From: Syntrophales bacterium
GTDB lineage: Bacteria > Desulfobacterota > Syntrophia > Syntrophales > UBA2185
Direction of reading: 5' to 3'
Assembly (NCBI GenBank): GCA_035542475.1
Contig: DATKLL010000148.1
Coordinates: 14,810-78,809, forward strand
Length of the DNA stretch: 64,000 nt
The notes beneath the pieces were generated by a model. That model was not told where the DNA came from and made no database searches. It worked only from the letters and a program-made list of their open reading frames with translations. Within the stretch, counting starts at the first letter, position 1; every line of letters starts with the position of its first letter. This document shows positions 45,563 through 54,731 of the stretch, in pieces. A program made the translations under genes and the position numbers.

Positions 45563-46024
45563 ATGGCCGACTACACGGAAAAACCGAAAGGGTGGAAGGA
45601 TCTCTCCCCCGAGAAGCTGGCCGAATTAATGAACCGACGCAGTGAGGGTTATCTCCCGGCACTGCTCGGCTTCACATTGGAGTCAGTATCTAAGGAGCGC
45701 GTGCGCGCCCGCATGGAGATTGAGAAACACCACTTGGCCCCCAATGATTATCTGCACGCAGCTTCCGTAATCACTCTGGCTGACACTACCTGCGGATACG
45801 CAACCATCATCAACCTTCCCGAAGGCGCAGGGGGCTTCACAACCATCGAATTGAATACTAACTTCCTCGGCACAGCCCGCGAAGGTGTCATATTATGTGA
45901 GGGGACACCCGCCCATATCGGAAGACGTACTATGGTCTGGGACGCCCGCGTATGGGATGAAAAATCAGGAAGAACCCTTGCACTTTTTCGCTGCACCCAG
46001 ATGATTCTGCCGAAACAGCAATAA
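45563..46024 (+). CDS. PaaI-family hotdog-fold thioesterase
   Basis: [47 protein letters not shown]...[14 protein letters not shown]. Confidence 0.8.
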   Translation: MADYTEKPKGWKDLSPEKLAELMNRRSEGYLPALLGFTLESVSKERVRARMEIEKHHLAPNDYLHAASVITLADTTCGYATIINLPEGAGGFTTIELNTNFLGTAREGVILCEGTPAHIGRRTMVWDARVWDEKSGRTLALFRCTQMILPKQQ

Positions 46025-46163
46025 GACTCTGACAGAGTTAGCAGGATGCTGACCAAACTCAAACCGGCCCAGCGTGCGGCTATTCTTAGCCACGGGCCGC
46101 TCGTCCTGAAGGACGTGGATGCTTATAGCAGGTTGATCACCGCTGCGGTTAAGAATATGGCAA

Positions 46164-46676
46164 CTAGAGTGTTTCCTTTTCTCCCGAAGTGAAATTGCTT
46201 CCGAGGTAAGCATTTACAAGTTCTTCGTTATTCTTAACCTGTTCCATGCCTCGCCGGATCATTGCCCCAGCCTGGGAGCGGGCAGGAGCGGCGGGGGCAT
46301 AAAGGAGTTCCTCCAGGAGTTCCGGTTCGGTTGCGCCGCGTGGAAATAATTCAACGCCTCCTTCTCGTGGCGGCGGTGGTGCGGTGAGATTGAATGCTGC
46401 GGACAGAAGGAGGGGATCGCTCTGGTTTCCATCATCATCTCTTGCGGTGACCGCTATGTAATAGATCCCCCGTTTCCTGGGAAATTCAGGCCATTCATCA
46501 GGAATAACTATCTCAGTTTTATCTCGTGGGATGGTTTTTGAAATCACCCCCGGAGTGTCTCCCCATGAAAATGTTGCCGGATTTATCGGGTGGGCTTCTG
46601 TGCCGAGATAGATCACATAGCCTGTGGCTCCGGCCACAGATTCCCACCATATGCACCTTTTCTGAATGAACGGCAT
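46164..46676 (-). CDS. hypothetical protein with FN3-like N-domain and Pro/charged disordered tail
   Basis: [15 protein letters not shown]...[17 protein letters not shown] resembles a fibronectin-III beta-sandwich. Lies 30 nt downstream of the ParA-CBM48 gene. Confidence 0.4.
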   Translation of the reverse strand: MPFIQKRCIWWESVAGATGYVIYLGTEAHPINPATFSWGDTPGVISKTIPRDKTEIVIPDEWPEFPRKRGIYYIAVTARDDDGNQSDPLLLSAAFNLTAPPPPREGGVELFPRGATEPELLEELLYAPAAPARSQAGAMIRRGMEQVKNNEELVNAYLGSNFTSGEKETL

Positions 46677-46705
46677 AGTCTGGCCTTCCCCAGGGAATTA
46701 TTCGG

Positions 46706-47770
46706 TCAGATACTTATTATGCTGTCGAAAGACCCGAAATCATTACTCTCGACATTTTGATTCCTGTGATCAATGTTCCATTCCCCGTCGACGAGGAATT
46801 TGTATCGGTAAGTGCCCGGCGGCAGTTCCATCCGCTTCTCCCAGAACCCGTTTTCGCCGCGCAGCAACCTGCTTCCTTCGTCTGCAGCCCAATCATTGAA
46901 TTCACCAACAAGGTAGATTTCATTTGCTGCCGGCGCTTCAATGACAAAGGTCACCTCCCGCATGTCCATTCCGGACACTGCTTCATTCTGCTTCCACTCC
47001 GGCACATGCTGGCCGCACAGCATTATCTCTTCCGCGAGCAGCACGTAATCTCTCGCGCCGTTTGATGTCGGGTAGAAACTGATGACTGATGCGCCTTCAG
47101 AGACCGCTCGCTTAAGGGCCACGTTATGCCGTATGACGGTTTGAAGCAGCCTGTCACCGAAAAATGACTCAACTTCATCAAGTATTGACTGCGAATACTT
47201 GGTGCGTTTATCGAAAAGGGTGGCGAGGGCGCTGACCTGGGGGGCGCGACCTGTTTTCCTTCCCACCAGTTCAATCATTCCCAGAAGCTTGCCGACACCG
47301 AAAAGGGTAAAGGGGCTCATATCGATAGGGATGATGACCCAATCGGCCGCTCTCAAGGCATTGAAGGTGAGAAAGCCCAGACTTGGGGGACAATCGATCA
47401 GGGCGTAATCGTATGAATGGCAGTCGGATAAGACTTTGCGGAGCACTGAGACCGCATCTTCTCTGTCGTTGAGTTCCTGCTCAAGGGTGGATAGTTGTGC
47501 ATTCGACGGCAGGATATCGAGATCCGGAGAGACCGGCACAATACAGCTTCCAAAAGGACGTTTCTTCTCCGGTTTTTCTGTCAGCACGTTATACGCCGAG
47601 CTGTCGGGTGACTGGTCGTCTTTTCGCAGGGCAAAGGAAGCGTGGGCTTGGGGGTCCAGGTCGATTACAAGCACCTGCTTTCCGTTCTTGGCGAGGGCTG
47701 CACCAAGGTTTATGGCCGTGGTTGTTTTGCCGCACCCGCCTTTTTGATTTGCAATGGCAATCGTCTTCAT
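46706..47770 (-). CDS. ParA/MinD-type ATPase fused to a C-terminal CBM48 / AMPK-beta glycogen-binding domain
   Basis: Deviant Walker A IANQKGGCGKTTTAINLG, then DLDPQ and IDCPPSLG. The C-terminus VTFVIEAPAANEIYLVGEFNDWAADEGSRLLRGENGFWEKRMELPPGTYRYKFLVDGEWNIDHRN is a CBM48/AMPK1_CBM pattern. AGGAGG RBS before ATG 47770 (track ORF starts at 47824). Confidence 0.8.
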   Translation of the reverse strand: MKTIAIANQKGGCGKTTTAINLGAALAKNGKQVLVIDLDPQAHASFALRKDDQSPDSSAYNVLTEKPEKKRPFGSCIVPVSPDLDILPSNAQLSTLEQELNDREDAVSVLRKVLSDCHSYDYALIDCPPSLGFLTFNALRAADWVIIPIDMSPFTLFGVGKLLGMIELVGRKTGRAPQVSALATLFDKRTKYSQSILDEVESFFGDRLLQTVIRHNVALKRAVSEGASVISFYPTSNGARDYVLLAEEIMLCGQHVPEWKQNEAVSGMDMREVTFVIEAPAANEIYLVGEFNDWAADEGSRLLRGENGFWEKRMELPPGTYRYKFLVDGEWNIDHRNQNVESNDFGSFDSIISI

Positions 47771-48170
47771 GTCGGGTCCTCCTTGATATTTGATAAGGCA
47801 TTGCTTTTCACGGTGTAAGTGCAAGGAGAAGTAATTCTAGATTTAAGAGGATTGTTGACGCAAAATATGGAAGGCAGAGCGGTTAAGCACGGCAGGTATG
47901 TGTAGGATTGGTTAATCTTCATAAGAAGCAATCCAAATTTTAATTGCTTTTTCTTATATCATAATCACCAAGAAAAAAACATTATTTATTTCAATTTGGG
48001 ATAAGCATTCTCTGATCAGCCCATAATGCCCCGTCCTCAACTATTCCTTCCGATTAAGATCGCGCTTATCTTTCATCCTGAATTCAATGAACCGGTGCGG
48101 TGACCTTAGGCGTTGCTTCGTATTTGAAGCGGAGGATATGTTATATTTGGATTGATATGTCTCACGTAGA

Positions 48171-48569
48171 TCATGTTAGATCATATTCATCTAAGTTCCA
48201 TCTTTCAAGCTTCGCAAAAGCATCTTGAGCTGCTTGTAAAATTAATTCTAACTTAACGGGCTTCGTAAAATAATCATCAAAGCCCGCCCTGCGACAGTCT
48301 ATCAAACCAAATAGATCTGTGTACCCGGTGAAAGCGTAAATAATACCCACGTCATTATCTATTCTTATTTTCCTACATAATTCCATACCGCTGATACCAG
48401 GAAGCTTGAGGTCCAAAAACATGACCATGAAACTTTCTCCCCTAAGAATATCCAATGCCGTTTCTGCGCTTTCAGCTAAGCGAACCACATAACCATTTTT
48501 GCTAAGAAATTCCTGGAGCATATTTCTGATAACTTCTTCATCATCAACAACAAGAATCTTCTTTTCCAT
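48171..48569 (-). CDS. single-domain response regulator (CheY-like receiver)
   Basis: KILVVDDEEVIRNML...MVMFLDLKLPGISGMEL...TGY...KP. Confidence 0.85.
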   Translation of the reverse strand: MEKKILVVDDEEVIRNMLQEFLSKNGYVVRLAESAETALDILRGESFMVMFLDLKLPGISGMELCRKIRIDNDVGIIYAFTGYTDLFGLIDCRRAGFDDYFTKPVKLELILQAAQDAFAKLERWNLDEYDLT

Positions 48570-48610
48570 ATTCCATCCCTCTTTAGCGATCTTTCAAGTC
48601 TTACAACGGA

Positions 48611-49786
48611 TCAACTTATTGATTTGTCAAGATCAATTATTTTCATTTCCTCCACGTAAGGTTTAGTCTCATGCTTTGTTATTTTCATAAGTTTCTTTGT
48701 AATCCCCGCAATCCTCGCTATTTGCTCCTCCATAATGTTTACGCGACTGTTTTCCGGATGTTCTTTTCCAAGGTTTAATGAAAGCATCTCTGCGTGTCCT
48801 GAAATAGCTTGCAAAGGTTGATTTAGTTCATGACATACCATCCCTGCGGTTTCAACTATAGCGGATAGGATCTCACGGCGATGCTTTTCTTCTTCGGCTT
48901 TCAGCCGATCTGTTATATCTCTTGCTGTTGCCTGAAAACCAACAACATCTCCCTGCTCATAAATTAGTTGGACCTGTTGGCCAAACCACTTTTCCTCCCC
49001 GTCTCTCGTTACAATTGGAAACTCATAATAGGTAGTCGGCGTTTTCTCCAAAATTTGCTTCTCATAAAATCTATCCAACGTTTCATGATAATCTTTTCGG
49101 ATAACAGAGTGAAAGTGCTTTCCGAACAACTGTGAAGTCGCATAGCCTGTTACTCGCTCGGCAGCAGAATTAAAATAGGTGAAGATCCCTTGAAGATCGG
49201 TGGTATAAACTATATCACCACTGTTTTCCACAAGATGCCGATACCTTCTCTCCCTCTCCTTAATCATGTTCTCCAGAAGACTATGTTCTGTAATGTCTGT
49301 CTGGTAACCTTCGTAATAAAGGACTTTACCATTATCATCAAATACCGTTCGTGCACTGATGGAAATCAGGATTCTGCTCCTATCTGTTCGCAATATTTCA
49401 ATCTGAAAATCCTCAATATGTCCTTCATCATCAAGAATATTTTTGAACAAATCGCGTTGGTGCGGATCCACATAATGTTGTTTTGCTACATCGGTAATCT
49501 TCGACATCATCTCATTTGGAGAATCATATCCGTACATCTTGGCCACGGCCGGGTTAACCCGAATAAACTGACCTTCAGGCGTGCTCTGAAATATTCCTAC
49601 CAAGGCATTTTCAAATACACCCCGATACCACTCTTCACTCTTCTTCAATTCCTCTTCAGTACTCTCACGCTCGTTGATGAATTCTTTCAGCCGTAATACT
49701 TCTTGTCTCAAGGAAATCAATTCTTCGATCAGTTGTGTCTCGCTTTTTGATTTTTCCTTCATATTCTCCTCGCTTGAGATGAACAC
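48611..49786 (-). CDS. PAS-PAS-DHp sensor protein lacking a recognisable HATPase_c domain
   Basis: N-terminal coiled coil and two PAS modules (WYRGVFENALVGIF...; RYRHLVENSGDIVY...). H-box VCHELNQPLQAISGHAEML, but the ORF ends about 60 aa later with no N/G1/G2 boxes. Confidence 0.7.
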   Translation of the reverse strand: MFISSEENMKEKSKSETQLIEELISLRQEVLRLKEFINERESTEEELKKSEEWYRGVFENALVGIFQSTPEGQFIRVNPAVAKMYGYDSPNEMMSKITDVAKQHYVDPHQRDLFKNILDDEGHIEDFQIEILRTDRSRILISISARTVFDDNGKVLYYEGYQTDITEHSLLENMIKERERRYRHLVENSGDIVYTTDLQGIFTYFNSAAERVTGYATSQLFGKHFHSVIRKDYHETLDRFYEKQILEKTPTTYYEFPIVTRDGEEKWFGQQVQLIYEQGDVVGFQATARDITDRLKAEEEKHRREILSAIVETAGMVCHELNQPLQAISGHAEMLSLNLGKEHPENSRVNIMEEQIARIAGITKKLMKITKHETKPYVEEMKIIDLDKSIS

Positions 49787-50194
49787 GAAGTTTTTAACCC
49801 CGCTTCATTTAAGGAGTGCGGCCTTTCTCAATTAATCCGTGATATTTTTAAAATCTATTTTGTGTTTAATAAAAGAATTACTGTCTCAGTATAGGTATTT
49901 AACTATCATGACTTTCAAACAAAATCTATTACAAAAAAGAAATCAGATTGAGGTTTGATGATAATTAATGACACCAGAAGAGAAAGTATTAAAAGTTATG
50001 CCATGTTTTTGCTGGAAGCGAAGAGGAGATCTTCGGAAGGTAAACAATAAAAGACCTTGTCATATTTGATTTCACCTACAAGACTTCACAATATCTTGTT
50101 GATGTTCAGTGAAGATTATCAATTGAAATGGTATTTCATTATACGGGAGCGCGTTCCTGTACAAATTGTCACCTGATTGCCTGTGATAAAGTTT

Positions 50195-50845
50195 TCAGGT
50201 GAGGCGCAGTACGTTGAGCACACGGTGGCCGGAACGCCAGAGCTCTGCAAGCAACTCATCTCCCACATCACCGGCAAGGCGGATAACACATAATTGCCTG
50301 TCACCCTGGCTAATAGACAACAGGCTTACAACACGTACGCCCCAGCGAAGAGCAAACGGCGCAATAAACCCGAAAGTGTCTTCCTCAGATTCTATCTCAA
50401 AAGTGATACGCACGTTGCCGAATGTTGGCTCAAAAATGCCGACAAAAGCCCTGAAAATATCTGACTCGGTAATCAGGCCGACCAGTTTTGCTTTCTGCAC
50501 GACAAGCAGGGTGCTGATCTTCGCATTCCGCATAAGCCTTGCTGCTTCTTCAAGAGGCGTTTCTGGTTCAATCGTTTGAAGAGTGCGGCTCATGACCTGC
50601 GCCGCAGTCATATGGGCCTCGCTGATATCGCGGGGCATAACCGCAAAGGGATTCACTTCCGGCGGATAAACATGGAGGATGTCCGTTGCCGTAATAATAC
50701 CCACTGGATAGTGGCTCCCGTCACGCTTTTCCACAACCGGGAGGCGACGGATGTGGTTTTGGGCCATGAGAGCAGCAGCTTCAACAATAAGTGTGTAGGG
50801 ACTTATCACAACCAGGTTCCTCGTCATCCACATGCTTACAATCAT
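50195..50845 (-). CDS. CBS-pair + ACT-like domain protein (AcuB-like)
   Basis: Two CBS motifs (MTRNLVVISPYTLIVEAAALMAQNHIRRLPVV; VMSRTLQTIEPETPLEEAARLMRNAKISTLLVV) and a C-terminal ACT-like segment. Confidence 0.7.
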   Translation of the reverse strand: MIVSMWMTRNLVVISPYTLIVEAAALMAQNHIRRLPVVEKRDGSHYPVGIITATDILHVYPPEVNPFAVMPRDISEAHMTAAQVMSRTLQTIEPETPLEEAARLMRNAKISTLLVVQKAKLVGLITESDIFRAFVGIFEPTFGNVRITFEIESEEDTFGFIAPFALRWGVRVVSLLSISQGDRQLCVIRLAGDVGDELLAELWRSGHRVLNVLRLT

Positions 50846-51006
50846 CGTTTTTAGCCTTTTCTTTCCCGGACAAGCCTTGGTGTTTAGTATCCTCGAAATA
50901 AAGGAAGTAAAACTTATCCAGGCATTTTCATTGCCGTCTGCACAATAATGTTTATATGTATCTGTATAAAAAACCTATATGCGGGTTTTATTGACAACAG
51001 GAAGCA

Positions 51007-51459
51007 TTAAATACTGCTTACACTTTTTTCAAGATTCAGGATCTGCAGCTTCAGCTCCTCCGGTACACGGGCCTTCTTGTTCTCCTTGTAATTGAAAGTC
51101 GCAATTACACTATTGCCTTCTGCAGCTATCTTCTGAAGCTTTTTGCTCACAATGCGATGATTCATCATAAAGCGGTCGTCCAACATTCTGGTAACTTTAA
51201 CTCCCACAAGAACAGTATCCGGATAAGTCAACGGTGTCTTAAATTTACATGACGTTTCAGCAAGAATCGGCCCAATTCCCGTTCGAGACCTCAAATCTCT
51301 GAGATTCAGTCTATCGTAATATGCCATCCTGGCGCTTTCAAAGTACCGGAAATAGGCGCCGTTATTTACATGCTGAAAGGCGTCCATTTCTCCCCACGCC
51401 ACGGGGATTGTGATTACAACAGGAAAGGCATCGAGGAGTGGTGAGTTCATATTATTCAT
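51007..51459 (-). CDS. 4HBT/YbgC-type acyl-CoA thioesterase
   Basis: VVITIPVAWGEMDAFQHVNNGAYFRYFESAR is a hotdog fold with the catalytic Asp context. ATG 51459 overlaps the upstream stop (track ORF extends to 51492). Confidence 0.75.
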   Translation of the reverse strand: MNNMNSPLLDAFPVVITIPVAWGEMDAFQHVNNGAYFRYFESARMAYYDRLNLRDLRSRTGIGPILAETSCKFKTPLTYPDTVLVGVKVTRMLDDRFMMNHRIVSKKLQKIAAEGNSVIATFNYKENKKARVPEELKLQILNLEKSVSSI

Positions 51460-51926
51460 CAGGTTAATAGCTTCTCCGGCATGATCATCCATTTAATATA
51501 CCATATAGCCTTTTCGGTTTCCTGATAAAAACAGACGATCCCACCATTCTGGAACTTTACAATAGTGTATTTATCTGTTCCAGTAATCAGAAATGAGACA
51601 AGACGTTCCAGAAAGGGAAGATGACCGACAATCATAAAATTTTCTGGCCCCTTGATCGTTGATGCAATCGAATAGACGTCATCATTGGGATCTAAACCTG
51701 TTGATTCTCTTATACCCAATTCAGGCTTTATATACATTGATATAATTTCTGCTGTCTGTCTTGCTCTGGTTTTCCCGCTATGAATGATCTGAGAGACGCG
51801 AATATGATATTCAGCAACTGTTTTAGCGATACGATGGACAGTTGCTTTTCCTTCTTCGGATAGAGGTCTATCAGGGTTAATCTCTTTAGGAAGACTCTCT
51901 CCATGTTGGACTAGGTATAGAGACAT
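51459..51926 (-). CDS. SixA-like histidine phosphatase family protein
   Basis: MSLYLVQHGESLPKEINPDRPLSEEG...SGKTRARQTAEI...IVGHLPFL. Note QHG where the family usually has RHG. Confidence 0.6.
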   Translation of the reverse strand: MSLYLVQHGESLPKEINPDRPLSEEGKATVHRIAKTVAEYHIRVSQIIHSGKTRARQTAEIISMYIKPELGIRESTGLDPNDDVYSIASTIKGPENFMIVGHLPFLERLVSFLITGTDKYTIVKFQNGGIVCFYQETEKAIWYIKWMIMPEKLLT

Positions 51927-52044
51927 TTATTACCACCTCCGCTTGATCTGGAAATGTTGTGCTTGTTGTGGATCGAGTTTATCTGTCATAGTGATCTCCC
52001 ACCTTCTATTTATTAATAGCATTGCCCATTATTTGTCAAAAGCT

Positions 52045-52353
52045 TTATAGCGGTTTTAGAATGCGAACCCTTATACTTTTTACAACTGATTTTGTAGCTT
52101 CTCGATAGGTCTTCATGTGGGAGGTCTGAAGATGATTCTTTAAGGCCTGTATATCTGTCCACCGTTCCATAATGGTTACTGCGTTATCGTTCACCGGGTC
52201 CTGAACAGGTATATCAGTGGCAACATCGGCAGAAGGACTATATTCAAGACACCCGGCTTCAGCACGCACATCAGGAATAACTTTTTTTAATTCTCTAAGA
52301 TATTGGCCCTTTTTCCCTTCAACGAACTCTACAGTAGCTATCACATAAATCAT
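52045..52353 (-). CDS. ABM-domain (antibiotic biosynthesis monooxygenase-like) protein
   Basis: 102 aa. MIYVIATVEFVEGK...GCLEY...ERWTDIQALKNHLQTSHMKTY. Confidence 0.7.
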   Translation of the reverse strand: MIYVIATVEFVEGKKGQYLRELKKVIPDVRAEAGCLEYSPSADVATDIPVQDPVNDNAVTIMERWTDIQALKNHLQTSHMKTYREATKSVVKSIRVRILKPL

Positions 52354-52569
52354 GACATCGCTCCTTTTCTTATATGTTTGAATAACTCAGTATATTAATA
52401 TAGGTGCATGGGTTATTAATTATAGCCCTATGACCACAAATAATTATACGCTTCCATTAGATTAATCAACTTATAAAATCGGAAAATATTTAAGGATCTT
52501 TGGGAATAAAACAATAGTATAGTTTTAGGGAATAAAAATCGAAGTACTTATGACATGATTATCTCAGAA

Positions 52570-53685
52570 TCACAGAGATTTCATGGCGATGAGATCTTTT
52601 GCGTTAATGTGCCGTGAGTCGCCCATGGAAAGACCCTCGTGAATCAGTTTCAGTACAAGCGGTTTTTCTTCGGGGAACTTATAGCCTTCATAATCCTGAT
52701 GGAAGAGCAGACCGCCAAGTCTGTTTCTCCATGAATTCATGTTATGGTCGAAACAGACACGCGATGTCACATTCAGCCCTTCGATCATCACCTTTAACTC
52801 CTCAAGACGTTCATGAGCTGAAGAGAGGCTCAGCCTTCCCTGTTCATATTCCTCAAACAATGGCGTTCCCCGTCTTGGAACGAGGGGACGGGACCTTATG
52901 TAGTCCGGATTGATGGCTGTGAGGACACGGGCCGTATTTTCCGCATGCTGCCGCCAGCGTTCTCTGCCGCCCAGACCAGGCATCCAATATTCGGACAGTT
53001 GAAAGCCAGCAGCCATGGCCTTTTTACCACCTTCAATCTGCTCCGCGCAGGTCACACCCTTGTGGACAATAAGCAACAATTCGTCGTCTCCTGTTTCCAG
53101 ACCAACATGAAGACGGTCAAGGCCTGCTTCCCTGATAGACTTTAATTCTTCCGGCTTTCTTCGAGCCAGCGTCTTGGAGCGGGTATAGGAGGTCACCCTG
53201 GTAAGCGTTTTTAAAGTTCCCCTCAGATAATTCAGCACTTCAACGATCTCATGCGGCCGCATGATCATACTATCGGCGTCCTGAAGAAAGGCCGTCTTGC
53301 CCCCCGAATAAAGCCAGTTGAAAACTGTGCTGAAGCAGTAGTTTTCATTAAGGGAAGGATCGGCCCGCAATACAGCCGCTCCCACGTCCCTGGTGATCCG
53401 GCCGCCTTGACCCATTTTCCACGATACGACTGTAAGTTCGTCGCTGATGGCCTTTACGGTATCGATATCGGCTTTTATATCTTCTACGCTGCGATACACA
53501 AAGCGATGCCCCTTGTACATTTCACAAAAGGTGCATTTATTCCACGGGCAATTCTCCGTGATCCTGAGAAGCAGCGATGCGCTTCCTCCCTCGCTGGGCG
53601 GACGGTAAACGCCAATAGCAAAAGATAACTTTGCAATTTTATCCGCGTTTTCCCGATACTTATTGTTTCCTGTCAAAAATGCCAC
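52570..53685 (-). CDS. radical SAM protein with atypical CX4CX2C cluster motif
   Basis: ITENCPWNKCTFCEMYKG, followed by a GG-type SAM motif region and the length of a TIM-barrel core. Confidence 0.7.
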   Translation of the reverse strand: MAFLTGNNKYRENADKIAKLSFAIGVYRPPSEGGSASLLLRITENCPWNKCTFCEMYKGHRFVYRSVEDIKADIDTVKAISDELTVVSWKMGQGGRITRDVGAAVLRADPSLNENYCFSTVFNWLYSGGKTAFLQDADSMIMRPHEIVEVLNYLRGTLKTLTRVTSYTRSKTLARRKPEELKSIREAGLDRLHVGLETGDDELLLIVHKGVTCAEQIEGGKKAMAAGFQLSEYWMPGLGGRERWRQHAENTARVLTAINPDYIRSRPLVPRRGTPLFEEYEQGRLSLSSAHERLEELKVMIEGLNVTSRVCFDHNMNSWRNRLGGLLFHQDYEGYKFPEEKPLVLKLIHEGLSMGDSRHINAKDLIAMKSL

Positions 53686-53815
53686 AAATATTCCCTTTAT
53701 AATTCGATCTTATTGACAAATATAATTACTTCTTTTGTTTTTGGCAATAGACCTCTCGATCAGGGTTTACAGATATGGAGAGGCCTTCTATATTTAAATG
53801 ATCAAGAAAGATACA

Positions 53816-54349
53816 TTATCTCTCGATGGTGTTATCTATAGAGACTTCAACCCTCCTGTTTTTCTGTCTTCCTTCCGCGGTTGCATTGTGCTCAATAGGC
53901 TTGGAAGATCCAAAACCCTTTGCCGTTAGCCTGGAGCTTTTAATACCGAATTTGGTTGCCATGATCTTTTTTACCGCTTCTGCACGCTTCTGGGAAAGGT
54001 TAAGATTGTATTCCTTTCCCCCGACATTATCTGTATGACCTTCAATGATGATCTTCATATCGGGATACTTTTTCATTATTTCGGCGACACTCTGAATGTC
54101 TTTATAATATTTTGGCTTTACGACTGCTCTACCGTAATCAAACTCGACATTAAGTGTGGCTCGACCTTTCTTAAGCAGATTCAATTCACTCTCAGGCGCT
54201 TTCTTCATCTCCTCTACTGGTGCTGGTGGCGGTGGCGGCGCTTCGGTTGGACCGGCCTTCTGTGTGGCGCACCCAATTAACAACGCTAATACAAAGAATG
54301 GAAATAGACGCTTGAAAATGTTTTTTCTGGACATTTCTCCTCCTTTCAA
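53816..54349 (-). CDS. OmpA-family peptidoglycan-associated lipoprotein
   Basis: Lipobox LLIGC, a Pro-rich linker, and OmpA_C IEGHTDNVGGKEYNLNLSQKRAEAVKKIM. Confidence 0.85.
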   Translation of the reverse strand: MKGGEMSRKNIFKRLFPFFVLALLIGCATQKAGPTEAPPPPPAPVEEMKKAPESELNLLKKGRATLNVEFDYGRAVVKPKYYKDIQSVAEIMKKYPDMKIIIEGHTDNVGGKEYNLNLSQKRAEAVKKIMATKFGIKSSRLTAKGFGSSKPIEHNATAEGRQKNRRVEVSIDNTIER

Positions 54350-54404
54350 AAGCTTTTTTGCGATTCTGCGTCATCCGCGACAAGTCATTATTGAATCAAG
54401 CTTA

Positions 54405-54445
54405 ATTATTCCAGATTATTCCAGATTATTCCCGGATTATCCCAG
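54405..54445. repeat. four tandem 10-11-bp repeats ATTATTCCAG / ATTATTCCAG / ATTATTCCCGG / ATTATCCCAG
   Basis: Read directly, 56-96 nt upstream of the OmpA-lipoprotein start (minus strand). Confidence 0.8.
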
Positions 54446-54731
54446 AGGGGAAAAGTTAAATGATCTATAAAAATGCCAGAGTTTTTGGAAGAAGATGGAT
54501 ACAATATCAACTGGAATAAATCAACTTGTAAATGTGAAAGGTAATTGCGCTAAATTACAAAAACCTGCTGCTTTCCACCAATCACACACTGGCTTGCGCT
54601 GGAATTGGGGATCGAATTTCTTTGAAACAAATCCCACAGAATTGCCCTAATGACTTTGAGGTGAGGAAATCGCGCGAGATTTTTCCGATGTATATTTAAA
54701 TGAACCCGTCCCCGATTATTCGGACGTCCTG

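Noticed and set aside
51900-51926. QHG instead of RHG at the active site of the SixA-like phosphatase as evidence of a pseudo-enzyme
   Set aside because: I believe LVQHGE variants occur in many SixA-like sequences but cannot verify this here. Noted in the feature evidence only.
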